Of a stretch of DNA of 64,000 nucleotides, positions 26,179-39,500 are shown piece by piece. The stretch comes from Trichinella spiralis (taxonomy: Eukaryota). The notes under the pieces were generated by a model. The model saw only the letters and a list, made by a program, of their open reading frames with translations, had not been told where the DNA came from and did no database searches. Positions within the stretch are counted from its first letter, which is position 1. The number at the start of each line of letters is the position of its first letter. Made by a program: the position numbers and the translations under genes. The stretch covers positions 4,181,218 through 4,245,217 of the forward strand of contig NW_003526941.1 in assembly GCF_000181795.1 (NCBI RefSeq), written 5' to 3'.

Positions 26179-28113
26179 TTACTTCAACTGCGAGCGGTTC
26201 AACCAAACTTTGGATTGTAACTTCTCAACGCCGTTGCAAGTATATTCAATAAATGTGAACATCCCTACTGCAAAAGTGAAATACAACAGCGTTATGACTG
26301 TTTGAGTATACAAAAAGTAAACCACTAAAAATAAAGTGCAAAGCCAAAAAACCATCACGGCGTACAATAGGCAACATTTGTCCATAGTCAAATTGTAAAG
26401 CATACAACCTGGAAAAGTGTTGTTGCACAGATTCGCTTTTCGGTTGGGTGAAAAATATTCCATCAGACGTTGTTCTTTTTCTTCCCACAATCGATAGACC
26501 CATTTGATCATGGATTGCTGATCCCGTGGAAAGCAAGGCTCCTGGACATCGTAGCGTTTGATGTGATAATGGATCTCTTCGGGCGAGTTGCCTTTCACGA
26601 AGTCGGTCTCGGATTCGGCCAAATTGTCCGGATATGCCACGGTAACGTCGTAAATGGTGTCCAACGCACCCCCTTGGAAGAGAAACACACAAACACGTCA
26701 ACATTCCAACAAACAATGGAATAAAAGCATAAAAAAACAACAAACTTTCACAGAGCTCTGAAATGAGATAAACAACGCCCGTTGTACGTGGTTGCAACAC
26801 ATGTTCGAGGGGTTGCATTCCATTGGAAATTGCAAAGTTGTCACTTTTTGCTTTTGTCTCCATGCAGAAGTTTGTTCCTTCGGGAAAAATTAACAACTGA
26901 AACAAAAGTAAAATTTCAAAAGAAAAAAAAAGAGAAAATTTCAACATTCACAATAACTCAAAAAAAAACTTGATAAATTTCCCACAGTGCATTAACATTC
27001 AATTCGTTCGTTGATTAAAAGAAACATTTTAAGCTTAGCAAGCAAGAAAAAGGGAAGCAAAATTTTTTTTTCATGAAAATTATAAATTAATAAATTGAAA
27101 CGCTTTCAATTCTTATCGAATATAAATTTGAAAATGTCGCATTTTCTAGACTGACCTGGAAAGGCAAGTCTATCGAAGACCAATAATCGACGTTTTCTTT
27201 CAATGTTATTCGATCTATTTCCCAAGCACGTTGCAAGAAAATAAAGTTTTTACACTGCATGGACCAACCTGAAATCAATGAACAAAAAGCATGCAAGCAC
27301 AGTAAAGTATATTATGAAGCAAATACGCAAGCAGCAGCAGAAGCTAAATTAAGCATATATTTGCAATTTATTAAATTTAACAACAGTAACTGCTTTTTAT
27401 TTCAACATTTTAACAAAATACCTGCTCCTGGAATGGATTTCAATTCCGATTTTAAAATAATCTTGCCAGAAATGAGCAACTTCGGATCAATGGAATAAAG
27501 TGCCAACCAAAAGTACATCCAATCCAATCTCGTCCGGTGATTCATCAATATCACCGCACGATCGGATGATTTTATACCATCTCCAGTAATTCTGACCCGC
27601 AATTTCACTAACAGCACCATCATTGCCTGAACAGCAACAAAAATACACATAATTCTTCTTTCATTTAAAAAATTCAACAACAATAAAATTAGTATGAATC
27701 AATAAACTGAAATTTATTTAAAATATTGACCATGCAATAAAATGAAATTTAATTAAAAACAATAAATAACAAATCAACAATATCAATATTACCACTTGTA
27801 CAATTAACAATAAAATATTTATAATTATTATGCTAAATATTCTAAAATAATAATAACAATAAAATTACTTTTTCAATATTTCAACAAAGTAATTTACACA
27901 TTTTAACAAAAATGCATTTTTAAAAATATGAAAAAATTTAAAAATTACTACGGCAAACATCAGCCAAACTGCAACAATGCGGTCGATCAAGAATCGCCAT
28001 TTCTTATGATTAACAAACAAGCATGGCAATAATGGAAACAAAAATAATAAACTACCAAAAAATGCTGTTAAAAGCAAAATCAGCGAAAACAACAAGTTTC
28101 TAATGGAGAGCAT
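26179..28113 (-). CDS. LCLAT1: Lysocardiolipin/lysophospholipid acyltransferase (AGPAT family, LCLAT1/acl-8-like), about 5 exons
   Basis: Catalytic NHRTRLD (HxxxxD), LKSIPGAGWSMQ...FIFLQRAW, IFPEGT, HVLQPRTTG and IYDVTVAY, with N- and C-terminal transmembrane helices. Confidence 0.92.
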
Positions 28114-29683
28114 TAAAAAAGAATATGCAATTTGCAGGTTCAAAAGCTTCTTATCATTGCATCACTTCAAAATACATTTCTCAGACAACGCAAAGATATA
28201 ATTAACAATTAACAAACATGTACCGTGCTTATTTTGATAATCAGGTAGACATGCAAGAAATTTTTCAAACTGCAAAACATATTTCGACATTTGTTGCAAT
28301 TTTCAACAGCTGTACTTCACTGCTTAACGAGTGGTTGGTTCTCAAATATTCTTTAATTCTACTTTCAAATTAAAATCAATAAACTTTAAATATATGCCCA
28401 TTTGTGAAAGCAAGCGCGTTCTATAAATTAATTTACATAAAATAAATATGAATTTCACTTCACTAACTTGCATTGCACTGTAAAAACCGGACAAACCGCA
28501 GTAACTGTTTTATGTATGGCTGTAGTAAAATGCCCCCGCTTCTTGTGTTGAACTTTTCAATTTTTTGACATTTGTTAAATCGAAGGTCCACTATCGAATA
28601 ATTGATATGCAGTGCATAAAAGAATGCGATTAAACAAACATCAAGCATTAGAATCTTATATGCACATTTAGAAAATTTTCAAAGAAAAGTATAACTAGTA
28701 GTACTCTACAGTGCTAAATTTTTCAAAATTGTTTCAGATGATTCATTAACATTCACATCTTTAAAGAAAGAAAATCTTTGTTATACTATATACATACACA
28801 TATACGTATATATGTACTATGTTAAATAGATAGTTAAATAAAGAGGGTCAAATGAACAATGACCTGAACAATCAATTATGAGAACAGCTGCTTCAGCTTA
28901 ATGAACTTTACAATCAGGATAACCGAGCAAAAGCTATTTCCCCATTGTTACTCACCTTTCTCAGCAGTTGGCAGATACCAATTCTCGACTGACAGGGCAA
29001 ATCGTTGCATCACTTGACCTGATTGATCACCACTGTCATTCATTGAACTATTATCCACATCGACATACTAGAGATATTAATCATCACAACTGCACATCAA
29101 TCTGTTAAATTACTTCACCACATTCGGCTATCGTCTGACCCGATTCCGTTTATAATAAAATCGATCAACTATCCAACCAATCAACCAACAGTACATCTAC
29201 GATTCATAGAGAAATAAAATTATAAAATGTTTCTCAACTAAACACTTCAGATGACTTGAATTAAAATAAAATTCGCACCAGATGAACAATTATTTTTAAA
29301 TTCTACAATTGCTACACGCAAAATAAACGTCTGCCATTGTTTACAATGTGATTCACACGTACCGTACCGTACTGTATGATTAAATAACGCAGGTAGAAAT
29401 GTTTACAGATATGCTGAAGTAAAAATAACAAATATACGCACAGAACACAGCTTGTGAAATTCATATATTATTATTATTTATTACAAAGAATAATCATCTA
29501 CGATTCTGTAATGATTAGCTTCACTTGAATAAAACAACTTCAAGAAAGAAAATAATGAATAATAATAATAACAAACACACATTAGGATAAATGAAAAAGC
29601 AATATGTAACAATTAGCTGATAATAGTATATAAATGCAGCAGAATATTCATTATTCATTCAGCTTAATTTCATTTAACCATAA

Positions 29684-31247
29684 TCATTCTTCTTCTTCGC
29701 TCGAATCAGAGTCGCTACTACCCCAATTTGAATGATCACATAATCCAGAAGCACTTTGACAAAGTCGTGAAATAGCCTGCAATTTACAACTGTAGTTGCT
29801 TGTTTAAATAAACTTTGATCTACAACTGATTACCGAAGATGTTACATCACCCGCCCCTTGAGATCCTGGTGCTCGCATTAATGAAGTGGATTTCTTTCGG
29901 TTCACAATTGGACTGTAGCCCGGAATTGGCATTGGTGGATACTGTTTATGAAGCAAAAACATATATACATAAATTGCATAGAAGTTAAAAAAACTATCAA
30001 ATAAGCTTCACGTACGTCTACAGTTGCATATGTTGGATAAGCAAGCGGTTCTCCCTGGGATGGACCAGTCCAATTTGGCGGTTGACCACAAGGTTGAGAT
30101 ACTGGAACCTGAAACAATATGGATAATTTTTTGTTCACTAAAATCAACGGCTGCTATGCATAATTACTTGGCCAGGATAAACTGGCGGAGGTGGTAACCG
30201 GCTTCTGTCGAGGCCCCACCTAACTACTGGTACTGGTGTAGGATAAACGGGAGCAGTAGAAGCATTTGGTGTGGCTGCCGTTGGCTTAATAAATAATAAA
30301 CAACCTATTAGAGAAAGCACAGTTTGACAATAAAGCAAACCTGGGATGGCTGTTCAACTGGATATGGAGGTACCGCAGGAGCAAGTTGTTGAGGGGGTAC
30401 TGGATTCCAGTTCGAAGTCGTATTGTAAAACGATGTCTTTCTACTGTTAGCCTAAACAAGCCAGTTTAAAATATTCATTAATTGTCCAACTACATTTTGC
30501 AATGATTTGCAAATCTTCAAAAGCAAAAAGTAAAAATAAGGTGGCTTTTCAGAACCTATTAGTAAAAGAAAAATGATATAACGAATATATATCAATTGGC
30601 TAACAACGAATCAGGTGACAATATGGGCAAAATGATTGAAGAAGTCGAGAAATTGAACGAATATTCAGTAATCATTCACTGTGAAATAAAAAATTGCTCA
30701 CTTTGCCAAACTGATGACGAACTTCAAATAAATTCACGTCACCATCGACGACAATCGAATTGATCGAAACCAATGGGAGTCGATGTGCAAATTCAGCATA
30801 ATGCAGTCCGTTGAATGCAATCTAAATTGTAAAAAGTAAATAATCAAATGACTGCCATTTTCACTTGTAAAAAAACTGAATATTACTTTGAAATGATCTG
30901 TCTGAGCGAGAATCATAACTTCAAACTTTTCGCCAGGTTGGAATGGACATGGACCATAACCCTCTTCTTCTCCCCATGTTTGATCTTTCAACGCGTTTCG
31001 AACTACTCTCGATTGTTCTCCATCGAAATGTGGACTGATATGCAATGCAATATTATCACGAGGACTGATACGTGGGCCGCTTTGCAAATTGACAGCAAAC
31101 CTAAAAGAATTGATTCTTCCAACGTGCTTCCACTATATTTTTCCTTTTTCGTTATACATACCATTTCGCATCTTCATGTACTTCGCCGGTAACTTTGATT
31201 AACATACCTGGAAAAACAGGCGGCAAAGATTGAACAAACACATTAGT
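29684..31247 (-). CDS. Galectin-family protein: one CRD followed by a long Pro/Tyr/Gln-rich tail and an acidic end; the first coding exon was not located (5' partial)
   Basis: The spliced CRD reads PGMLIKVTGEVHEDAKWFAVNLQSG...IALHISPHF...VVRNAL...WGEEE...CPFQPGEKFEVMIL...FKIAFNGLHYAEFAHRLP...IVVDGDV. Downstream small exons read PVPPQQLAPAVPPYP, PPPPVYPGQ, LAYPTY and SDSDSSEEEE*. Confidence 0.85.
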
Positions 31248-32538
31248 CTAAAACACTGAAATGTTAGCACAGAAGTGACAACGCATAAAAACCAAAAACT
31301 ACTGTTTTCATCATTATTGCCAGTTTTGCAGCAAAAAATGCCGCAAAAAGTGCGTGCGTTTCTCACGTAAAACCAAACGCAGAAACCTGAAAGCAAAACC
31401 TGACCAAAAATAAACTAGCTACAATCAGCACGAGAAAAACAACCTTTAACCTACAGAAAAGACCAACAAAATGATCTGCAGGTTCATAGGAGTAGTGAAC
31501 AAGTCGTTAAATAGCCAGCATTTAACATATGGATAAAAAATAATTAAATATTAATATTTAAAACAGTAATATGTATTTAATTTAAATTTCAGCAGCTTCA
31601 TCATTTTTATACTGAAAATAAATTCGCACAAAGCACGTATCGATCGGACAATGAAGAAGAAAGACATGGTTCATCGAAGACTAATAAATTTTTAATAATA
31701 AGTACATTAGATTAAAAATTGCATCTTCATTCCAAGCAAATTTCAATTAGTCAATAAAGGTTATAGAATTAAAACAGCAAAATCGACGATAAATTACAGC
31801 AAAAATGAAAAAAAACATACGGAGTATATATATATATTACTTACTTTGAAAAATTTTCGCTTCAGATCAACGCAGTCAGATTTTTTAAAGTTCAAATCTG
31901 TTTTTTCTTGCCTTAAGCTCAACTTATTGGATGATTTATGTTCAAAATTTTTGAAACTTTATTCATTTATTCTTGTTTACCGATTAGTTAGGTGTAAATT
32001 TTGCATCATCCTACTGTAAAATATTAATGTATTCATTTATTATACTTGATTGTCTTTGGACCACAGAATTATTCATCTTCGCAGTGTATGTCAAATTTGG
32101 AGTGCAAATTGTGGTAGTAGTAGTAGTAGTAGTAAAGCTGAACTATTATTTATACCAAAACGTGCATTGTGACACCTACAAAACAGAAATTAGTTAATTA
32201 ATGACAACATATTCTGCCATTTGTTGCAAACTTTTCAACAGTTGCTGAAAATTTTATTATTTTGAACAAACACATAAATAAATAAATAAATAAATAAACT
32301 ATCAAACCAAAGAAAAAAAAACAAGCAAACAGAGAAACAAACAAATAAACAAACAAACAAACAGATGAATAACTTTTCCATCCTTTCAACTTATGCGCAA
32401 ATACAAAAAGAAAATGAAAGAGTAGAGAATAAAATTGATATCTAATGAATGAATGATTGAAATGAATGAATTGAGTCAGTGAGTGAATAAATCACTCGAT
32501 CAGTAGATGAATCTCGTCGACATGTAGCGTGTTGCATT

Positions 32539-35500
32539 TTAAACAGCTGCAGTGACTGAGGATGGTGAATTTTCTTTTTTTATCTGTAAAGTTGTTGCCG
32601 TAGCCGCGCTGACAACGTTGACCAATTTCTGATATTCATCACCCAGGATGGTCGCAATTTCACCATGCATAAACGCCCAAGGCACGTTGGAACCCATCAG
32701 TGGGCATTTTTCTCCACTCGGGCAGTAGACCTCATTGCCGCATACGCCTTGCTTTTTGATCGACTGGCGGCTGCATGGGAAGCAAAATTTGTGATGGGAT
32801 ACCGATGGACACTGGACAAAATGAGTATCTTCAAGACGTTCTTGACAAATCGTGCAACGAAGAATGCTCGAACTCGACGACTCGACCGGCGATGAACCAT
32901 TCGCTGACGAATTAGCACCACTGACCGGTATGTTGGTTCCACTGTTTATGTAAATTTGTTGCGTTGCAAGCAGTCGACCAGCTTTGTTTCCCCCATTTGG
33001 ACTGATAGCTGGCGCCGGTTGACGGCTACCGTTCGATATGCGTCGACATTTTTCTGGATTTGCACCTGCCGTTGGAGAATTTGAACTATTCGGACTGTTA
33101 TTCTGTTCTGCCGCAATACTGCTAGAAGAAGTTGCCTGGGAATTGTTGTTCACACTGCCAGCTGACACTGACGACGATGTTCCCATGGCTGGAAATATTT
33201 CAATCAGTCAATTAATCAATTTCAACAACTGATTTGTAAAATAATATTCACGTGTTCATTGTGCAATATCTACATAAGATACATGCAAGTCTACAAAAAT
33301 ATTAATAAACTTTTGAAATACTAACTTTGTACTATTTCAAGAGCAAAACTTGGCCGAAAAGCAACTTAAATATCACGAAAACTTTCAATATGCAATACAG
33401 TTTTCAAATAGCATTCACCACCATACATCACTCAGCATTAAAAGTACTTCACAATATAAAAAATGTGAAAGTTGAAAAAATTTATACTAAAAAAAAAGTA
33501 CTAAAACATAGATGAGCTTATCACGCACGTGTCGTCAGAGGTAGTGTTTGCGATGATAGATTTGTGCAAAACAAACAATACGTTATTTATTTTACGTCTT
33601 CAAAGTTGTAGATAAAATTTTCAAAAATGAAAAAACAGCAGCCAATTACTTGATTAATATTTACAATTGAGCTGAATCATTTTTGCATAATTTTTTTTCT
33701 CGGGTAAAATAATTTAATGGAATGGATGAATAACTTTAAAAAATGTTCGCTACAAAAAGCAAAACAATTAGCGATCACAAGTGACAATGGTGTGCACAGT
33801 ACGTTCACCTCGCCATTTTGTGACCGCCGCGCGGCTTTGCCAAGGCCATCAAAATTTGGCAGACAGTGGCAAATTTCTTACAGCTTTTTATCGTTTGTCA
33901 CTTCTTTTGTTAGCCCAATAAATCATTCGCATCATTAATTATTTTTGAAAAGATTGAAATCGTACATACTGTCATCATGACAAGCCCTTTTGTACATACA
34001 ACATATGCATGTATATAGAACCCGTAAATGAAATGTGAAAAATGACCTGACCATTTTCCCCTTGTTGCACAAAACAATGTCACCGAATTCCAATCAAACC
34101 GGTGCTAACTGCATTGATTTAATCCAGAAATTCCTGTCATGCGGCTTCTTTTCCCACATTTGAAATAGAATTTTTACACTTTGAATTGGAAAAAAGAAAA
34201 TTTTTAAATAAATTAAAATTTTCAAAAGAAAAAAAGAACAAGACAAACACTGCCTTCAAAAACAATGCATCGCTCAATTGGAAAAAAGTTGCAACACTAG
34301 CATACAGTATGTCATATAAAAAAAGCAAGTACATTAAAAATGAAAATTTTCAAATTTACCCTATTTTACATGAATAAAATTTTAATTTCAACTTAAAATT
34401 GACTTCAAACTGTCATAAAGAGCCAAACATTTCAGTTTTTTTTCTTTTGCTTTCCTACTGCGTAACGAGTGACAGCTTACAAGTGATAACTTTTGATTAG
34501 CATTTTCGATAAAGAAGAAAAACATTCTGACACTACTTGCAGAGATGACGGTGACAATCGCACCACCAAAAACTGTCAGTAATCAAAAGTCAACATGAAG
34601 TTAAATCTGATGAGCAAACAACAACTGCTGCAGCTGCTGCTGCTGCTGCTGAAAAGAACCGTCCGTTAAATATCTGCCGCTTCCTAGAGATAAGAATGTG
34701 AATAAGATACGACATGAATTATGGGAAATGAATTGGAAAATGGCAAAAGTGATCGAGTGAAATTGTTTGTTTGTTTGTTTGTTTGTTTGTATGGTAAAAA
34801 TTGAAGCCAAGTTCGATCAGTGACCGATGTTGACTGACACAAACAACAGAAGAAGAAGAAGAAATCAGGGCCAGTGGGTGAATATTGAAACGAAACTTTG
34901 CTACTAACCGGGCAACAATATTCTCCAAGCCATGTGCCCTGATGAACAACATAGACAAGATTTGCGTGCTACGATCGACCAACTGGCCTGACCGGCTGCT
35001 AGAAGCGCAAACTCTTCTCAACAATACATTTATTCTAGCGTCCAAGCCGCCGGCAAAACCAGTTAGTTCCACGCAATAATTGAAAAATCATCACCATCAT
35101 CATTATCATTATCATATATCCGCATTGTTATTATTCACTTTATATAATAATAGAATGAAAGAAGTGGAAAAAGAAATTAAAATTAAAATACAAATAAACA
35201 TTATAATATGCTTACCGGATCGACGACGCAAATCGTAGACAGGTGATCGAGCATTATTGAAGCTTTTCTGATCGTTGTCGTCATCGTCGACTGGAGCGCG
35301 TTTACGACCCGACGAGCTAACAATGTGATTAGTATTCAAGTTCGCCTGATTAACCGAAGGAACAGAGCTCGGTCGACCGGAATTCATCGGTCCCACCCCA
35401 GGCGGAACTTGTACCGTTGCTGCAGCCGCTGGTAATGGCAACGATGGTGGCGGCTGGTGCTGCGGCGTCGCTACAGTACTAGGAGTTGTTGTGGTTACGG

Positions 35501-36170
35501 TATTTGCCGCGGCGGCGGCGGCGGCGGCAGCAGCGGCAGCCGCCAGACCGGATAATCCAATAGTTAGGGGCGGCGGTCGAAAATTGACCCTGTGGCTGGT
35601 GGTCGGATCAGCTTGAATCAAGCCAAATTCTTCGGCTATTCGACTTGCACTTCCGTTGGCAGTTGCAAGGGACGTGAACGACGTCGTCGGTATGCGACTC
35701 GGATGATTCACTTCCAACGCCAAAGCGGATCGTGGCAAGCTGGCAGCCGCCGCTGCTGCTGCGGCCGCGGCCGCGGCTGCTTGCAGTTGTTGTTGCTGGT
35801 GTTGTTGTTGTTGTTGTTGTTGTTGGTGATGATGATGGTGATGATGAACAAGATTGGGACTCAAGGAACGACCGTGCAAATTGGCCGCCAAATTGGCGGC
35901 CGCGTTGAAATGATGTTCACCGTTGCCATTTTGAACCACACCCTTCGGCTGAACTCGGCCCGTTTGACAGTCGCCAAAGCCGTGGGCCCGTTTCAAATGT
36001 CTTGCCATTTCCAAAACCGCCTCTATACGATCAGAACCTTCGTAATTGACGCAACCACGGCACACCGGCTCGCTGAAATCAAGCACCATTGCCCAAGGCA
36101 TTCTCGGCAAATCGCACAAATAACACTGCTGGCGTTGGGATAGTGATGGGATTTTCCCATTGACGTTCAT
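32539..36170 (-). CDS. IRF2BP2: Interferon regulatory factor 2-binding protein family member (N-terminal C4 zinc finger, C-terminal RING); exons 36170-35216 and 33188-32539
   Basis: [33 protein letters not shown] and [36 protein letters not shown]...[28 protein letters not shown] are the diagnostic IRF2BP domains. A phase-1 intron joins them in frame. Assignment to a specific vertebrate paralog is nominal. Confidence 0.95.
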
Positions 36171-36514
36171 CTTGATCAACTGAAACACCAATTGAATAAT
36201 AAATTAGAATTTTCTTTCAAATTCTATTATAGTCAATAATAATAATAATAATAATCAATTGAAAATACAAAAAAAAACACTGAAATAAATGGGAAGGTTT
36301 GAAACGAATATATACAAATGTATATATAATTGCTGGCAAACGGGCCGGAGAGCCGCAATTTGGGTATAAATAATCAAGCGAATGGAGAAAAGCAATAAAG
36401 CAATGCCGGCTTGATTGGACAGACCAAACCAGACGGTAAGATCAAACTGGACCAAAACTGACTAGACTGGACAAGCCTTGCAGATGTCACACCGCCGGAA
36501 CACAGAACGCAAAC

Positions 36515-36578
36515 TGAACTAAACTAAACTAAACTAAACTACACTACACTATAACTATAACTATATTATACTATACTG
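36515..36578. repeat. Degenerate pentanucleotide microsatellite (AAACT/ACACT/ATACT)
   Basis: Visible tandem 5-mers upstream of the IRF2BP start codon. Confidence 0.7.
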
Positions 36579-39500
36579 GTAACGAACAACTCGTAACTGA
36601 CAAGGAAAGACAAAACAACAAGAACAGACAAGACAACGTTGGCTTTTGCCGCCTGTCGGCTATGTCGTCACCGTTCACTGTACACAGATTATGCACGACA
36701 GGTGGCGCTGATGATTGATGAAGAAAAGAAAAAGCAAGACACAACTATTCTTCATTTTCGATCAATTTCACTTCAATATAATTATTATAAACTGAAATCA
36801 TACCATCGGATTGAAATTCACAAAAATTGAATATTTTTCTTCGCGAACTTTGGCTGCGACGAACAAACAGCACCCGGTGGCGATTTGCCGTCGATTGTCG
36901 AAATGAATGAACACCAACAACTCTGCGCTGTTGGCAAAAGATACTTATGCAAATTTCACTGACGACTACAGAAAGAATTTACCTCAGTGAGATAAATAAC
37001 CTGCGGAAGACGAGACAAATTGCCTACAAACCAACCGAAATCACAAACAATTAACCAATATTCTCATATTCCATAATTATACAATTATAAATATCATCTT
37101 AATTAATGAAATCGAAATATAATAAATGGGAGAAAAAAAGTAAAAATTTTCAAATACCTAACTTGAATTCACACGTCAGTTTTTCAAAGACCACTCGCGG
37201 CGACACAAGCTTTACTGAATGAGAAACACTGTTCGTCAACACTTTTAAACAAGCAAGTGGCAATAGTGATTGTTAAAAGAATATTCAGGAACAAAATTAC
37301 TACAATTAATTGAACTCGAAAAAATACTAGAAAAATATTCAAAAAATTCTAAAATTGTAATTATTCATTTATTATTTAATTATTCATCATTGTTTTGTTT
37401 TGTTTTTCTATTTCAACATAATATTTCATTTCGAAACGATAAAAAAATATTCAACAATTCCAATTCAGGAAAAAAATAATAATTTATACAAATTACAAAA
37501 ATTTATTTAAAATGTCAATTTTTTGAATAGTTTTTTCAATCTAAAAAATGTCAAATTTAAAAATTAATACTTAATCATTTTTATACGAACGATACAAGAT
37601 TATAACTGATGTAATAATATAATGAGAAATAGAATGAAGGAATGAATGGATTTCCATTATTGTTCAAAGTCGAATATTGTTCTCCTCCAACACGTGAATT
37701 AATTCACTTACTTGGAAGCGAATGTTAAATTTTAGCCTTTAGTAATATCAATGTTATGTTTTTTCTTCATCTTCTTGTTCACGATGATATGAATAAATGA
37801 AAAATTTGAATAACGCGACCAAAAATAAACATACCAAACAAAAATAAGTATAACTGTAATTGTTTTCGATACTTGAATGCAAAGAAGAGCAAAGAAGCAA
37901 GTTACACAGAATAATGTACATATTCGATTCCATTTGTTTAAACGAATTGAATGATACTGAATTAATACATGTACATTTTTTCAACATGTCCATAGAACAA
38001 CGTGGAAACAATTTACATTTTTCAAAACGTAATTTGGTTCAAATTTTTGCATACGGTTAATTTTTCTTCATAGCTTTATTGACAATGCGAATAAATTAAA
38101 ATGTTTTATGAAAAAAAAACTCGGTAAAAGAAATTGTAAAGATTTACCTTCAGTGGTAGTAGTAGTAGTAATGAATAATTTGAAAGTGCAATATAGGTAC
38201 AATGACTTTGGCAAGAATAACCGAGAATAGAATAAATAATAAACGAACGCACAACCAGAAAAATGTAGCTTCTGTGCCAGGGTGACACAGTGGCGTGCTT
38301 TAAAAGGTAAGGCGTTCCAAGGAAGAAGAACCTGGTTATCTTGTGACGCCTCAGGGTGAGCGTGTTTTCCTTAGCAGACGTAAATATGCGGCCTGCAGTA
38401 TGATGGACAGGACGTTTATCAATCCCTTTCTTAAACTTTAATCATGTCAGAAAAGCCCGGCCCTGAAAGAAAATCCCTAAGGGGAAAAAAATACATTTAC
38501 AAAACACTCACTATCCACCTGCTGGTGTTCATTTACCCTTCTAAAAAATGCTACCAATTTAATTTTGTATATGCACTGAAGTAGAATACAATAGACACAC
38601 ACACGAGTCAGTCAGTGGAAATTGTATTCAAATTTATTATCGCTGATACAGTTTTACAAACAATTCATTATGAATATATTTAACACTCACACACACACAT
38701 GTATATATAAATTTTGCTTTTAAATAATAAAACAAAATTTTGAAATATTACTTTGAAATGCTCGAAAGATTAGCATGTTTCAACAAAATACATTCTTTTC
38801 TTTTATCAATGATTAATTTAAGTTGAAATAATCACGAATGACGTGCGATCCGATTTGATAATAGAATGAATGCGCAAGTACAGGTGAAAGATTCGCCGAT
38901 AGTGTATCTATCTATCATTTTGATCAGCGTATTCGTCATTTTGACAACTCTTCTGTCGTCACCTTTAGCTGTACAAAGCACGCTTTATTGCAGTAGAATT
39001 TATCACGAAATTTTCAAACGTTGACACCTTTCAAACAACAAGTTTATTTGCTTTTTTTTTCTTCATTGTAAAAAAAATTGTCACTTTTTACAAGTTCATA
39101 TTTTAACAACTTAATAAAAAAACAATTATTATTTACTTTAATAAGCAGTATGAAGATACGATTTTCCATTAGCAACTCAGTAAAGTTAGGAAATGTTTAA
39201 AATGTTCAAAATTTGAAATACAAATATAGAAAAACGAAAATATATATATATATTATTCATCATGCTTTGATTTGATTTGAATTTTTTGAAATTCTTTTTC
39301 TTACGATACACTACCTACATCATTATACTACCTGATTTTCTTTAAATTCAAAAATGAATAAAAGTTTTTTCTTTTTTTTCCAATATTGTAAAATGTGAAA
39401 TTTTATCAAGTTCAAGATAGGAAAAAAACAATTTTTTCCTTTTAATTAAAAAGAAACGCGACCCTGTAGCACAGAATGACAAATCGATCGAATTGAGGAA

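Noticed and set aside
34019..34042. AACCCGTAAAT, a miR-100-family-like seed
   Set aside because: There is no complementary arm forming a precursor hairpin, and the 3' part does not match.
35592..36143. 183-aa plus-strand ORF with a Leu run
   Set aside because: It is the antisense of the IRF2BP polyQ/polyH exon.
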